A stretch of DNA of 63,815 nucleotides, filler included, from Octopus bimaculoides (GCF_001194135.2; 8 parts of 7 records of this genome joined end to end with filler, not necessarily neighbours in it); one strand, 5' to 3'; shown: positions 14,760 through 27,480, counted from the whole stretch's first letter. Notes: generated by a model from the letters alone, not told the origin. A program made the numbers and translations.

Positions 14760-15844
14760 TGTGACATCGTGTGACCACTACGCCATATGCCCGTGAGCAA
14801 TTATGGAGTGAATTTTAGGGCTTATGGATCTAATATTTTCCTATCCTTCCTTAATACCGGTTCTCATATGCTATTCATATCTGCACTCGGTCTGCTTGGG
14901 AGGTTATTGTGTCCTAGCATACGTGCTGCTTCTTTTAGTTTTCGTATTTTCCAGCGGTGTTCTCTGTCTATTATTTTAACTTCAATCCACAGGGGGAGGT
15001 TGTCTCCATTTTTGCAAACATGATCAGCTATACCCGATTTATCAATATCACTTCGTGTCACAGCTTTGCGATGTACCTCTACACTTATTTTGAGGAGGCG
15101 ACATGTTTCGCCTTTGTTTAACCTACCACAGCTACATGGGATGGAGTACACGCAGTTTTTGGTGATATTCTCCTCTATTGGCGGTTTTACTCGAGGGAGA
15201 TATTTGTGAAGTGTTGTATTACTCTTGAATACTGTTGTGATGTCATATAGGCCGCATATCTTTTGTACATTTTCGGAGAGGCCTTTCACATAGGATGGAC
15301 AGACTGTGGGCAGTTTATTGGTTTCATCCCCTCTTTTCTTCATAATTGGAGAGGTTAGTATGTTTTGGGGCTAGTTGTTTCGTAATAGATTGTTACTGAG
15401 CTTGATCATTTCTTCGTGGTGGGTATCACGATCGTTACTTATATTCTTTGCTCGATGTTTTAGGCACTGAGCAATTCCTCTCTTTAAACTGTATGGATGG
15501 TGAGAATTGAAGTTGAGGTATCGTCCAGTGAAGGTTGGCTTGCGGTATACGAATGTCCTGAATCCATACTTGGTGTGTGTTATTAATACATCCAAGAATT
15601 CTAGCTGATTGTCTTTTTCCTTTTCCATTGTGGACTGTATGGATGGCTTTATTGAGTTTACATGATCTAACAGCACTTGGACATCTTCCTGGTGGGGCCA
15701 GAGTGTAAACGTGTCATCAAGATATCGCGGCCATAGGGTTGGTTTTAGTGGTGTTGATCCTAAAGCCAAATTCTCAAAGTATTCCATGTATATATTGGCT
15801 ATTATTCGTGATAATAGCGTACCCATAGCTAAACCCTCTTCTTG

Positions 15845-15882
<38 letters not shown>

Positions 15883-16395
15883 TGTCGATACTGAAGTTGG
15901 TATTTTCTACATAGAAGGTCAACATTTCCATCATGTTTCTTATTGGTATACTAGTGCGTTCTTTTTGATGGGTGTCTGTCACTAGTTTCTCTTGATCACT
16001 AATAGTGCTTCACCAATTAGGACTTTGGTGAACAGACTTATCACATCGAGACTCACTATCTGGTTGGATTCAATGGGGTATCCTTGATCAATTCTGTGAA
16101 GTGGGTCGAATTCTTCACGGACGATGTTGAATTTCCTGCTAATAGACTGATTATATCCACAAGGAAGTGGCTCAGTGGATGATATGCTGAACCTTTACAG
16201 CTCACTAGAGGTCTTAATGGAATCCCATACGTGTGAATCTTAGGGAGACCGTACACGTGTGGTAGTTTACTGTAGTGTTGAGTCAGTTGTCTGTACTTCA
16301 TTGGTGTAAAGGGATCCTTGTTCTTGATGAAGATCTGGGACAACATCCCTTCTGTTTTCAGAGTTAGGTCTTTCTTTACTTCGCTGTAGCTACCA
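14760..16395 (-). mobile_element. 5'-truncated Penelope-like retroelement (Poseidon-type): RT plus GIY-YIG endonuclease
   Basis: YGLPKIH...PLRPLVS, QEEGLAMGT..IANIYME, WPRYLDDTF, VYRKPTFTGRYLNFNSHHP, CVYSIPCSCG..GET; frameshifts. Confidence 0.93.
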
Positions 16396-18179
16396 TCATT
16401 TATAAATTCCGACGTGGCCGACTTTGTCTGTCATCGTTTCTTCTTGTTAGTGCCACAGGATGAGGACAAATATCCGTCAAATGTAAATAATGTAAATAAG
16501 GTACATATTTTATCGACCCCAACGATGAAAGGCAAAGTCGAACACGGCAGAATATGAACTCAGAACGTGAAGACGGACGAAATATCGCCCAACACACTGA
16601 CGATTCTGCTAGCTCAGCGCCTTAAGAATTTGTAATATTAAGGACCGTTGGCTCTGTAGTGTACTACAATCATGATATGCATTTATTTACCCCGTAATTT
16701 CTGTATTCAATTTTCTATTGAAATCGGTTTAGGGAGGAGACATAAAGTATAGTAACAGGCAAGTACTTAGCTTTATTAAACCGACATTTACAACAATCAC
16801 AAATGAGAAATGTCTGGCCTTACACCTGTTAGAAATAAATATTACTTGTGGAAATAAAGTGGTGGTTTGGCATAACCGTTAGTGTGTCGTACGTAAAGCC
16901 ATACAATATTTATGCTAGCACTTTACATACTAAATCCAAATGCAAACAAGTCTAACTCAGTCTTTCAGTCTTCTGGCTTCGATAAAATAATGTTCCTGCC
17001 AAATACTGCGGGTTGGTGTAATCAACTATCCGTTGCAACTTAAAAGCTACTAGCTTTGAGCCTTAAGAAACAATTAATATTTCTACTTTTACCAATGCAG
17101 ATAAGGCTGCGAAATGGCGGAACTGTTAATACACCGGATGAAATGGTTGGCTGCAGTTCTTTCGTTATCCTTTGAGTTCAAATTCCATTGTGGTTGACTT
17201 TGTCTTTCATCGTTTCTTCTTTTTGGTGCCACAATTTGTAACGTTACTACAGATACGTGATATAAGGCGGAGGGCTCGCAATATCGTTACCACACCGAAC
17301 AAAAGTCTTAGCAGCATTGAGTCCGCCTTTAAGTTTTCAGCTCACATACCCCACGCGGTCGACCTTACGTTGTAACCGTTCAGAGTCGATAAAATGGGTA
17401 TATGTAATGCATAATGAGTGTTCCAATCAAATAAACCTCCTCCAAAATTGTGGCCTTTTGTTAAGAATGCAATCTCATGAAAATGTCTTTCTCCATCTAT
17501 CTCTCACTATATATATATATATATATNNNNNNNNNNNNNNNNNNNNNNNNNNNNNNNNNNNNNNNNNNNNNNNNNNNNNNNNNNNNNNNNNNNNNNNNNN
17601 NNNNNNNNNNNNNNNNNNNNNNNNNNNNNNNNNNNNNNNNNNNNNNNNNNNNNNNNNNNNNNNNNNNNNNNNNNNNNNNNNNNNNNNNNNNNNNNNNNNN
17701 NNNNNNNNNNNNNNNNNNNNNNNNNNNNNNNNNNNNNNNNNNNNNNNNNNNNNNNNNNNNNNNNNNNNNNNNNNNNNNNNNNNNNNNNNNNNNNNNNNNN
17801 NNNNNNNNNNNNNNNNNNNNNNNNNNNNNNNNNNNNNNNNNNNNNNNNNNNNNNNNNNNNNNNNNNNNNNNNNNNNNNNNNNNNNNNNNNNNNNNNNNNN
17901 NNNNNNNNNNNNNNNNNNNNNNNNNNNNNNNNNNNNNNNNNNNNNNNNNNNNNNNNNNNNNNNNNNNNNNNNNNNNNNNNNNNNNNNNNNNNNNNNNNNN
18001 NNNNNNNNNNNNNNNNNNNNNNNNNNNNNNNNNNNNNNNNNNNNNNNNNNNNNNNNNNNNNNNNNNNNNNNNNNNNNNNNNNNNNNNNNNNNNNNNNNNN
18101 NNNNNNNNNNNNNNNNNNNNNNNNNNNNNNNNNNNNNNNNNNNNNNNNNNNNNNNNNNNNTATATATATATATATATTT

Positions 18180-18667
18180 ACATACTTGCACACTATTTAC
18201 ATTTGACGGATATTTGTCCTCATCCTGTTTGTTGTTGACACAACGTCTCGACTGATATGTCCTCCTAAATATTCAGGTCACTGCCTGGAATCGAACTCGG
18301 AATTTTGGGGTAGTAACCTGCGCTCTTAACCCCCATGACATATGCCCGTGGGCAATTATGAAGTGAATTTTAGGGCTTATACATCCCATATGTTATCCAT
18401 ATCTGCACTCAGTCTGCTTAGGAGGTTATTATGTCCTAGCTTAAGTGCTGCTTCTTTTAGTTTTCGTATATTCCAGTGGTGTCATCTGTCTATTATTTTA
18501 ACTTCATCCCACAGGAGGAGGTGGTCTCCGTTTTTCTATACATGATCAGCTATACCCTATTTATTTATATTGATTTATCAATATTGATAAATCGAGTATA
18601 ATTCCGTGTTCGATTCCAGGCTGTGACCTGAATAATAATAATAATAATGATAATAATAATAATAATG

Positions 18668-18714
<47 letters not shown>

Positions 18715-18875
18715 TACATCGAAAAATACCTCAGAAATGAAAACTCAGGTTCGAAATTTCGCCAAGGCCCGTCATGAAGCCTGGAAAGTATATCAACCGA
18801 AACGTTGTGTTAATAACGAACAAGACGAGGACAAATATCCGCCAAATGTAAGTAATATAAATAATGTACATAATT
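18180..18875. mobile_element. Second copy of the same PLE 3' end (minus) fused to an inverted copy of its terminal repeat (plus)
   Basis: 18342-18560 duplicates 14787-15030; 18601-18633 is the reverse complement of 18271-18303; fold-back palindrome at 18572-18593. Confidence 0.85.
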
Positions 18876-20066
18876 TCCCATCTCTTAAATATAGAACTGT
18901 ATATGTATACATATTCTTTTATTGTTTTATTTGTTTCAATCACTTGACTGCGGCCATGCTGGATAACCACCTTTAGTTCAACAAATCGATCCCGGGACTT
19001 ATTCTATGTAAGTGTAGTACTTATTCTATCGGTCTTTAACCTAACCGCTAAGTTACGGGGATATAAACAAACCAAGAACGGTTGTCAAGCGATTGTGAGG
19101 TGACAAATACAGACACACAAACATATATACATNNNNNNNNNNNNNNNNNNNNNNNNNNNNNNNNNNNNNNNNNNNNTTAATTAATTAANNNNNNNNNNNN
19201 NNNNNNNNNNNNNNNNNNNNNNNNNNNNNNNNGTACCAGTTACGCACTGGGGTCGATGTAATTGACTTAATCCCTTTGTCTGTCTTTGTTTGTCCCTTCT
19301 TTGTTTAGCCCCTTGTGGGCAATAAAGAAATAAGAATTAAATTTTACATGTTTTTACTTGCTGATACCTGCTGGGTGTCTGTATTCACCTTTGACATGTG
19401 TTTTTGTGATCTCTTGTGTATACCTAACTGATATGGACTTACCTATTGATGTCTACTGGTTTTAAATTATAAAATATACCCGAGGGAAGTATAGAACTTT
19501 ATATTTTAACTCTAAATAGTGTTAAATCATTTTAAAGTTTTGTCATTGATTTTTAACCGATGGACTACTTTATTGTACCTCATTATTTTATTTTATATCG
19601 ATCTATATTATATATTTGAATTTTTAATGGTATTAATATTAACTTCAACTTGATTCAGAACTTCTATGAAATGATATATATGTATATTGTGTTATACCTT
19701 TAACTCAAATTTATTATTCTTAATTTATTTGTATGTTATCGGTTGAAATAATATATTTGTGTATAAATTTTATATTATATGTTCTATTTCTTGCACCTTA
19801 TTTCTTATACATTTCTTATTCTTTTAGTTACTTTATTTTCTTACGTTATCTTTCTTACGCTATTTTTATATCTTTTTATTCCTTATGTTTGATGGATTAT
19901 GTTGTATTTCTTATATATGTTCATTGAGGGGGTGTGATATGTTGAGTCGTTAACCCAGCGTTTTTATTCTATAACTAATATTTTACTCTTGTCTCAATTA
20001 TTTCTGAGCACTTCTCCTTGCAGCCCTGTATAAAATCTATTAGTTTCCTAATAAGAAACTATTAAT

Positions 20067-20098
<32 letters not shown>

Positions 20099-20744
20099 NN
20101 NNNNNNNNNNNNNNNNNNNNNNNNNNNNNNNNNNNNNNNNNNNNNNNNNNNNNNNNNNNNNNNNNNNNNNNNNNNNNNNNNNNNNNNNNNNNNNNNNNNN
20201 NNNNNNNNNNNNNNNNNNNNNNNNNNNNNNNNNNNNNNNNNNNNNNNNNNNNNNNNNNNNNNNNNNNNNNNNNNNNNNNNNNNNNNNNNNNNNNNNNNNN
20301 NNNNNNNNNNNNNNNNNNNNNNNNNNNNNNNNNNNNNNNNNNNNNNNNNNNNNNNNNNNNNNNNNNNNNNNNNNNNNNNNNNNNNNNNNNNNNNNNNNNN
20401 NNNNNNNNNNNNNNNNNNNNNNNNNNNNNNNNNNNNNNNNNNNNNNNNNNNNNNNNCACATTTTTACCGAATGCGAGGAAATGCAACTCTCAAAGCCAAC
20501 CCCTTAAAAACGAACTAAATTATAGATCATGATTTCGTAGTTATTGTAGTATTATACAACTTCTACTCGTCAGTATAATATGGTCCAGAAAAATAGAAAT
20601 AAACAGTGAATCAACATACCAAACGAACACCATGTATCCAGCATAGCATATGGACGACTGTTCATCGCTATTTCCCTATGTAAGTGGCGTTCGTTTTTAT
20701 AGTAGTCTGACCTTAGAGTCCCTCATGGCGTGAGGCGTTATTAT

Positions 20745-20790
<46 letters not shown>

Positions 20791-20793
20791 AAG

Positions 20794-20846
<53 letters not shown>

Positions 20847-21954
20847 ATATATGACAGTCTTCCTCACAGTTTCCTTCTACCAAATTCACTTGCAAGGCTT
20901 TGATCAGTTCAGAGGTGTAATAGAAGACACTTGCCCAATATGCTGCACAGTAGGACTGAGCCTGAAACCACACAGTTTCAAAATAAGCTTCTTAACCACA
21001 CAACCATGCCTGGTGTCATTCTTTCCACACTTCTAGAAGATCAAACAGAACATGGGTTACAGAAGTGGTAGGTATACGGGAACCACCACTTACATTCAAT
21101 AAAAGGAATGAATATAATAGCACCACTACCACCAAAGTAGCACCAAAAAATAAGGATAAAATAAGATTTAAGACAACTAAATTCAGCCACCATATACACA
21201 CATGAATCAAAATCACTCACAAACCATAAGCATATCCACAAACCACAAAGACATATACCCATAAACCATATGTACATACACATACACACATACATATAAA
21301 GTTACACATCCATGCATTTATGTTGGCAGTGACAAATAATGCAAAAACAAACAAATGAAAATATCGTAATTTAAACAAAACATGCATACACACACATACT
21401 TAGCAACATATGCATGCCACTTGACAATATAACAACCATAAAAAATAAAGAATATCAATTGCAGGCTGGAAAAATCATTGAAATGACTGAAAAGGTCACA
21501 GATGCATGATGAAAAATTTAATTGATTAATTGATTAGTTAACAATAAAACTGAAGAGATCTCCAACATGTGTATGTTTGCTAAGGGCAGTGTAATCCTTC
21601 CAAAATACAAATATATCTACACATATGGCACACACATGGCTGTGTGCTGAAGAAATTTTATTGACAGTCACTTCCTTTCAGGTTTGATGCCACTTCAGTG
21701 GTACTAGGGTAAGTGTCTTCTACTAAAGCTTCAAGTTAACCAACACCGTTTGAGTAAAATTTGGTATATGAAAACTGTATGTAAACCCTAATATATTTAT
21801 ATATATGTGTGTGTGTGTATAATATATATAGTGATTGCAGTGTGGAAGGTACAAGTTAGCCATTCAGAAACATAAAAACAAACATTTATTTTACAGTCAC
21901 TTTAGTTTCAGCACTTGCAATGCAAGTACAATGCAAGTATATAAATATATAAGT

Positions 21955-22500
21955 AATGTTTATTACCACTTAAACACAGGTGTTCTTTAAGAACAGATGA
22001 TACTAGGAGGATGCTTCCTCCAGTTGGCTTTTCAGTGTGCTTTGCACTCAATATATATTGCAAACAGGGAGCGAACTCCTTACTATCCTAGCTCAGAGAC
22101 CACCATATCACATGATTTTGATCTTATGAGATCATCCTCAGTGATGGATGCTAACTCAGCTCACAACATATAAAAAAAAAACTGTGTTACAGTCACTGGT
22201 TTTGCAACTAGCAAACTAATTCATTAAGAAAATCTCTGTTAGAGATGGAAGCAATATTTATACTGAGACAATGTTTATCACCACTTAAATGTGGATGTTC
22301 TTTAAGAACAGATGATACTGCTATTTTAACCCCAGGAGGATTCTTTGTCCTGCTGACTGTTCAGTGCACTTCGCCCTCAATATATATTGCAAGTGGGGAG
22401 AGAGCTCCTTACTATCCTATTATTAGATCATCTTCAGTGATGGATACTTGTTTGCCAGACACAGTAGTAGTCTAATCTAGCTTGCAACATATTGAAAAAA
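21955..22500 (-). repeat. Two diverged tandem copies (about 310-nt period) of a probable PLE terminal repeat
   Basis: Shared blocks ccacttaaa..gttctttaagaacagatgatact, caatatatattgcaa, ctccttactatccta, agatcatc(c/t)tcagtgatggat. Confidence 0.65.
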
Positions 22501-22939
22501 CAATGTGACATGATACTTCATATCATGGTATCAGAATTAGTCTTAGATGGGCTAAAAGTAATTAAGTTTGGGTGTGTTGGAAGAGATTTCATTTGTTAGA
22601 ATAATCAATTATTCAATATTTTCCCACTCTTCTGCAAGCTGTTTTGTTCTTTGTTAGTACGTTTGTCTACTGGGCATTTTATATGACAGATTGATTTTTA
22701 AGGGACACATGTTAACTAAAAGGTTGATTTGGCATTGAACAGGAGGAACAGTGTGTGTGTATATATGTGTGTGTGTGTGTGTATGTTTAAGTTTATATCA
22801 CAAGTATGGCTTTGTGGTAAGAAGTTTGCTTCACAACAACATGGTCTTGGGTTCAGTCCCACAGCATGGAACATTGGGAAAGTGTCTTCCACTGTAGCAC
22901 TATATCACTATATATATATATATATATATNNNNNNNNNN

Positions 22940-24000
22940 ATACATATATCTGTAAAAATATGTGACACTTATTCAGTAGCCATGATAAAACTCCGAGTTT
23001 CAGATGCCAGGGTGGGAGCCCACACCAACATCTCTTCAGTTATCTGGCCATTGAAAATTCCTGTGAAAAATGACCGTTAAAAACAAAGGGAAATTACTGT
23101 GTAGTGACAAGGTCAAAATGCGTCTAAAACTGCGTATATTATCGCATGCACGCATATATCCATATACGCATGCACATATCTCTATATACACACACATATA
23201 TCTAAATACGCATGCATCCACATGCGCGCACATATAAAGTTCCTTGTACATGTCTATAGGCGTACAGGAAAAAACAGGGTGGAGGGGAAAAAACAGAAAA
23301 ATATGTATGGAAAAAATACAAAAACATTAACCTTATAATTATGTAAAAAACATAAAAATAATTAAAAATATTAAAAAATATAAAATCCAAGTAAAAAAGG
23401 TGAAAAGCTTATACATAGACACAATATAGAAACCTATCAGTACAGTCCCATCAGCAGGTCCTATCAGTAAAAATATTAAAAAAATATATAAGAAATGTAA
23501 GTAATAATTATAGAGAGATAAAAAGCTTATAGATAGACACAAAAATAGAAAGCAAGTCCTATTAGTAAACTCAGGGGGACCAAAAACGTAGCAGATATTT
23601 GGCCACATGTGGACATGATCCGAAAAGTTCAGTCTTTGAATTTAGACATGTAGTGGCGGTCTAAGCTGCCTTTCCAGATGAGCCATCTTTCCATATCACA
23701 TAGACCTTCTGCTGCCGCTGGTGTAAGGTTTACACTTGGCTAGGATCTTCCAATGGATGTTGTAACTGACACCTTTATCTTTTAAAGACCATATATGACT
23801 GGATAATTTTGTCGTTTTTCTTTTGTCCCAGTGCCTGAAACTCAAAGTGTGATTATTGAATCTGGCCTTGAAATTACTCTCCGTGAGGCCAACGTATTTC
23901 TTCGTGGAAACTGCGTCTTTAGTGGATGCAGAGTCTACGGTGGCCTCATAAATGATGGTTTCGGACATGCAAGCTCCATTTAGCGGGCACAAGTTTTTAT
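22940..24000 (-). mobile_element. PLE (Neptune-like) GIY-YIG endonuclease C-terminus and 3' UTR
   Basis: CPLNGAC..IIYEATV..KYVGLTESNFKARFNNHTLSFRH..TKLSSHIWSLKD..HWKIL, followed by frameshifted LNSKTELFGSCPH. Confidence 0.88.
22979..23048 (-). ncRNA. Type I hammerhead-ribozyme-like motif in a PLE 3' end
   Basis: GCCA-GATAA CTGAAGA [GATGTTGG..GTGGG/CCCAC..CTGGCATC] T GAAA CT-CGG-AG T T TTATC-A-TGGC: core CUGANGA and GAAA, GUU triplet, three stems; one extra U before G12. Confidence 0.65.
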
Positions 24001-24100
24001 CTCTGCACACACACACACACACACGTATTGATAATAAGGAAAATGAAAAATTCGAACATTCAAACTTTAAGTTTCTTTCCAGTTAGTGTATTCATAATAA

Positions 24101-24185
24101 CTGTCCAACATGTGTTTCAATTGTACTAACTGCATATTGTTGCATATTATATGCAACAATATATTGTTTGATCTCTTCAGGGTGT
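24101..24185 (-). ncRNA. Hammerhead-like relic with long stem II
   Basis: CC CTGAAGA ...perfect hairpin ATATTGTTGCATAT-A-ATATGCAACAATAT... GAAAC ACAT GT T GG. Confidence 0.4.
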
Positions 24186-24305
24186 AGAAATATGACATTG
24201 TTTAAAGAGGAATTTTCCCCTGTTATTAGTTTGAAGACCATGTCCTTTCATTGATGAGCTGTTTTTCTCAACTCAGTATCTGCCTGAACATTGTATCCCT
24301 TCTCT

Positions 24306-24343
<38 letters not shown>

Positions 24344-25858
24344 TCCACTACAGTAGTAGTTGAATAATAATCTTAAGGCTGCAATTTACTTAGATGCAGC
24401 ATCTTTCAGAGCTTGTTGCTAATTCAGTTCTTAACCAAATTGAAAACTGTTAACATTTTTGAAGAGGACTGGTCCCTAGCTACATTTTGGCACAACAAAT
24501 TAAGATTTGATCCTGTAGAAAAAAGTTTACATCAAAATTTATAGCAACATTAAAGGAGAGTGAGTAATAACACCAATCAAGTTTAGATCTAAATAACTTC
24601 TTTTATTTTAAAAGCAAAATATATTTATCTTAGCTTCAATGATAGAAGAAAGCATGAGGAATTTCAGTTTTGTTTCCATACAACAAAAATTTGTATCAAG
24701 AGTTGTGAAGTAAAATATCATGAAAAAAATATAAATAAGGCAAAACAGTGGATTTAAGTATAATTAAGTTTTTTTATTTTAAAAACAAACTATATTTTAA
24801 TTAAGCTTAAATGATAGAGCTCAATTTGAGGAATTTCATAGTTAGTATCAATCTCATGTAATGAAGTTTTAAAAGAAAAACGTTATGAGTGTTTGTTTCT
24901 AAAATTTGAGGGTGATAATGTAGTTCTATATTTTTTTATGAATATAGTTCTATAAAAGGACTTTTAATATATCACCAGCATCATTGAGGTAAGGAAAACA
25001 TTACCAATGACACTGCTAATTGACACATTTGATACATTATTAATTAGCATAATAGCATAGCTTGGGAAAAACATGAATTACATGGGAAAATGCAAGCAAG
25101 AGAAATAATATTCTTAAGATTATAAACCTGGAAAATTATAGGACAAGTTATTACATTTGGGAAAGTTCAGGACAACTTATTACATTTGGTAAAATACAGA
25201 ACAAGAAAATTTTTACTTAAGATATTAGAGCTAAGGATAAAATTTGAATATTAAAAATTATTTGATTTTAATTTACAAAGTAACATCATAATTAAAAAAG
25301 GCACCATCATTTTGTTGAAATATTGACACACTAGAATACTTAAAAAATGAGAACCAGAAGTACCTATATAGCTAAAGTTTTATGCAAAATAGAATAGTAT
25401 ATATGGTAGGCAAATCCATTATGTAAAAAATAGGCATTGGGTCAAGACTAAAAATGTGAAGACTTGGCAATAACTCAAGCAAATTTTACTGTGAATTTGT
25501 TGTTATAGGTAGATTTTACTGTAATATATATATTTTACTGTAATATATATATAGGTAGATTTTACTGTAATATATATATTATTCTATTTATTGTATTAAC
25601 TAATTATGTACTACTATTATTCTTTATAACCCATTTTCATATTTCTAATTATTAATTAATAATTTTTAAAAATATATTTTTTTAAAGTGCAAAAAATATT
25701 TTGAGTTATGTTTTTAAAATTTATAATAGAAGTAACAAGTAATAACAAATAGAAGTAATAACTTGTAATAAAAGACTGAAACAAGCAAAAGATAAGATGA
25801 AAAAGAAAAAGATCTATGTTTATGTGTGTGTATATATGTGTGTGTGTGCATGTATGTA

Positions 25859-26713
25859 CAGGGTGCGATGGGTAAATTGCCACTATTTTATATCTTTAAT
25901 TTCACACATGCGCATTGTTTTGTCGAATACACAGTATAGTAGAGTCAGTTGAGCACTGTCTGTGAGAAAAACAGCAACATGATGCAATTTACTCTGCCAG
26001 AAATTTGGAAACGACATGCTGTACTGCTTGGCATTCATGCCAGAAGCTCCAATATGAACATTTCAGAGTGTTTGGGTGTCAGTCTGAGGACATATACCAA
26101 GAGTGATAGAAGTCAAACATACAGTCAACATCATGGCGTTTGGAATAATCACTAGTGATTGTGACGTTATGCTTTCATTCATCTTTCCACATGGCCTCAG
26201 ACTCAACACAGAGGCCTACATCACATGCCTGGAGGAGGTAGTGCTGCACTGGGTCAAGAGGGTGGCTGCTGGAATACCTTATGTCTGGCAACATGACTGC
26301 ACCATGCCACACAAGCAGGAGAACTCAGTCATGGTTGTCAGACAATTTCTTCGACCACATCACCCCTAACATCTTGCCACCTAACTCCCAGACTGCAACC
26401 CCCTTGATTATTATGTGTGGGGCGTAGTTCAGCAAGCGACCAAGAAAAATCTTTGTAACACCAAAGATGAACCGAAGGCAAGGATTATGGCAGCATTCAA
26501 CATCTTAAACAAGGAGACCATCCAGAAGAGTTGCAGGAGATTCTAAAGTTGTATGGGGGCCCCGTGGTTGAAGTGAATGGCAATTTTATTGAATAAATTT
26601 ACTCTTTAGTATTTCAAGATATGTAATTTTGGTAAATATATTTGTTAAAATGAAATGTCAATGTTATTTTCATTTTTGCATAATTTAGATGACAGTTTAT
26701 TCACTGCACTCTG
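25859..26713 (+). mobile_element. Internally deleted maT/DD37D Tc1-mariner element with both TIRs
   Basis: TA|CAGGGTGCGATGGGTAAATTGCC ... gacagtttattcactgcactctg|TA; YVWQHD and PPNSPDCNPLDYYVW motifs. Confidence 0.85.
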
Positions 26714-27480
26714 TATATATATATGTATATATACATATATATGTATATATACATATATATACATTTATGCATATGTGTATATANNNNNNNNNNNNNNNNN
26801 NNNNNNNNNNNNNNNNNNNNNNNNNNNNNNNNNNNNNNNNNNNNNNNNNNNNNNNNNNNNNNNNNNNNNNNNNNNNNNNNNNNNNNNNNNNNNNNNNNNN
26901 NNNNNNNNNNNNNNNNNNNNNNNNNNNNNNNNNNNNNNNNNNNNNNNNNNNNNNNNNNNNNNNNNNNNNNNNNNNNNNNNNNNNNNNNNNNNNNNNNNNN
27001 NNNNNNNNNNNNNNNNNNNNNNNNNNNNNNNNNNNNNNNNNNNNNNNNNNNNNNNNNNNNNNNNNNNNNNNNNNNNNNNNNNNNNNNNNNNNNNNNNNNN
27101 NNNNNNNNNNNNNNNNNNNNNNNNNNNNNNNNNNNNNNNNNNNNNNNNNNNNNNNNNNNNNNNNNNNNNNNNNNNNNNNNNNNNNNNNNNNNNNNNNNNN
27201 NAAAATATAAAGCTTTGTATAAGCTTTGTTGTGTTAAATACTGATTTTCACAAAAGTATTAGAATACATATATACATTCTTTGATAATAATAAGAAAATG
27301 TTAAAAGCAGTTTACAAGAAAGTATTTAAGAAAGTATTCAACAAAAAGTATTAGGAATTCAATAAAAATCATGTTTGTTTGGTAGTAATATATACACAGA
27401 AAAAATGTCAAAAAGACAGGTCAGTTCCTCTCCAATGTTTTGTAAATTCTTAAATATATCTCTTTCTGTGTATATATATA

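Noticed and set aside
18270-18352. Possible tRNA gene
   Set aside because: Acceptor and T stems are broken and it is embedded in a PLE; treated as a tRNA-derived promoter. The same applies to the SINE heads.
659-20486. Many ORFs made of YI/HT/CV dipeptides and X runs
   Set aside because: Translations of (TA)n, (CA)n and N gaps.
25080-25580. Short degenerate tandem duplications (about 30-bp units at 25130-25210 and 25505-25580)
   Set aside because: Ordinary slippage products, not regularly interspaced with unique spacers; not CRISPR-like.
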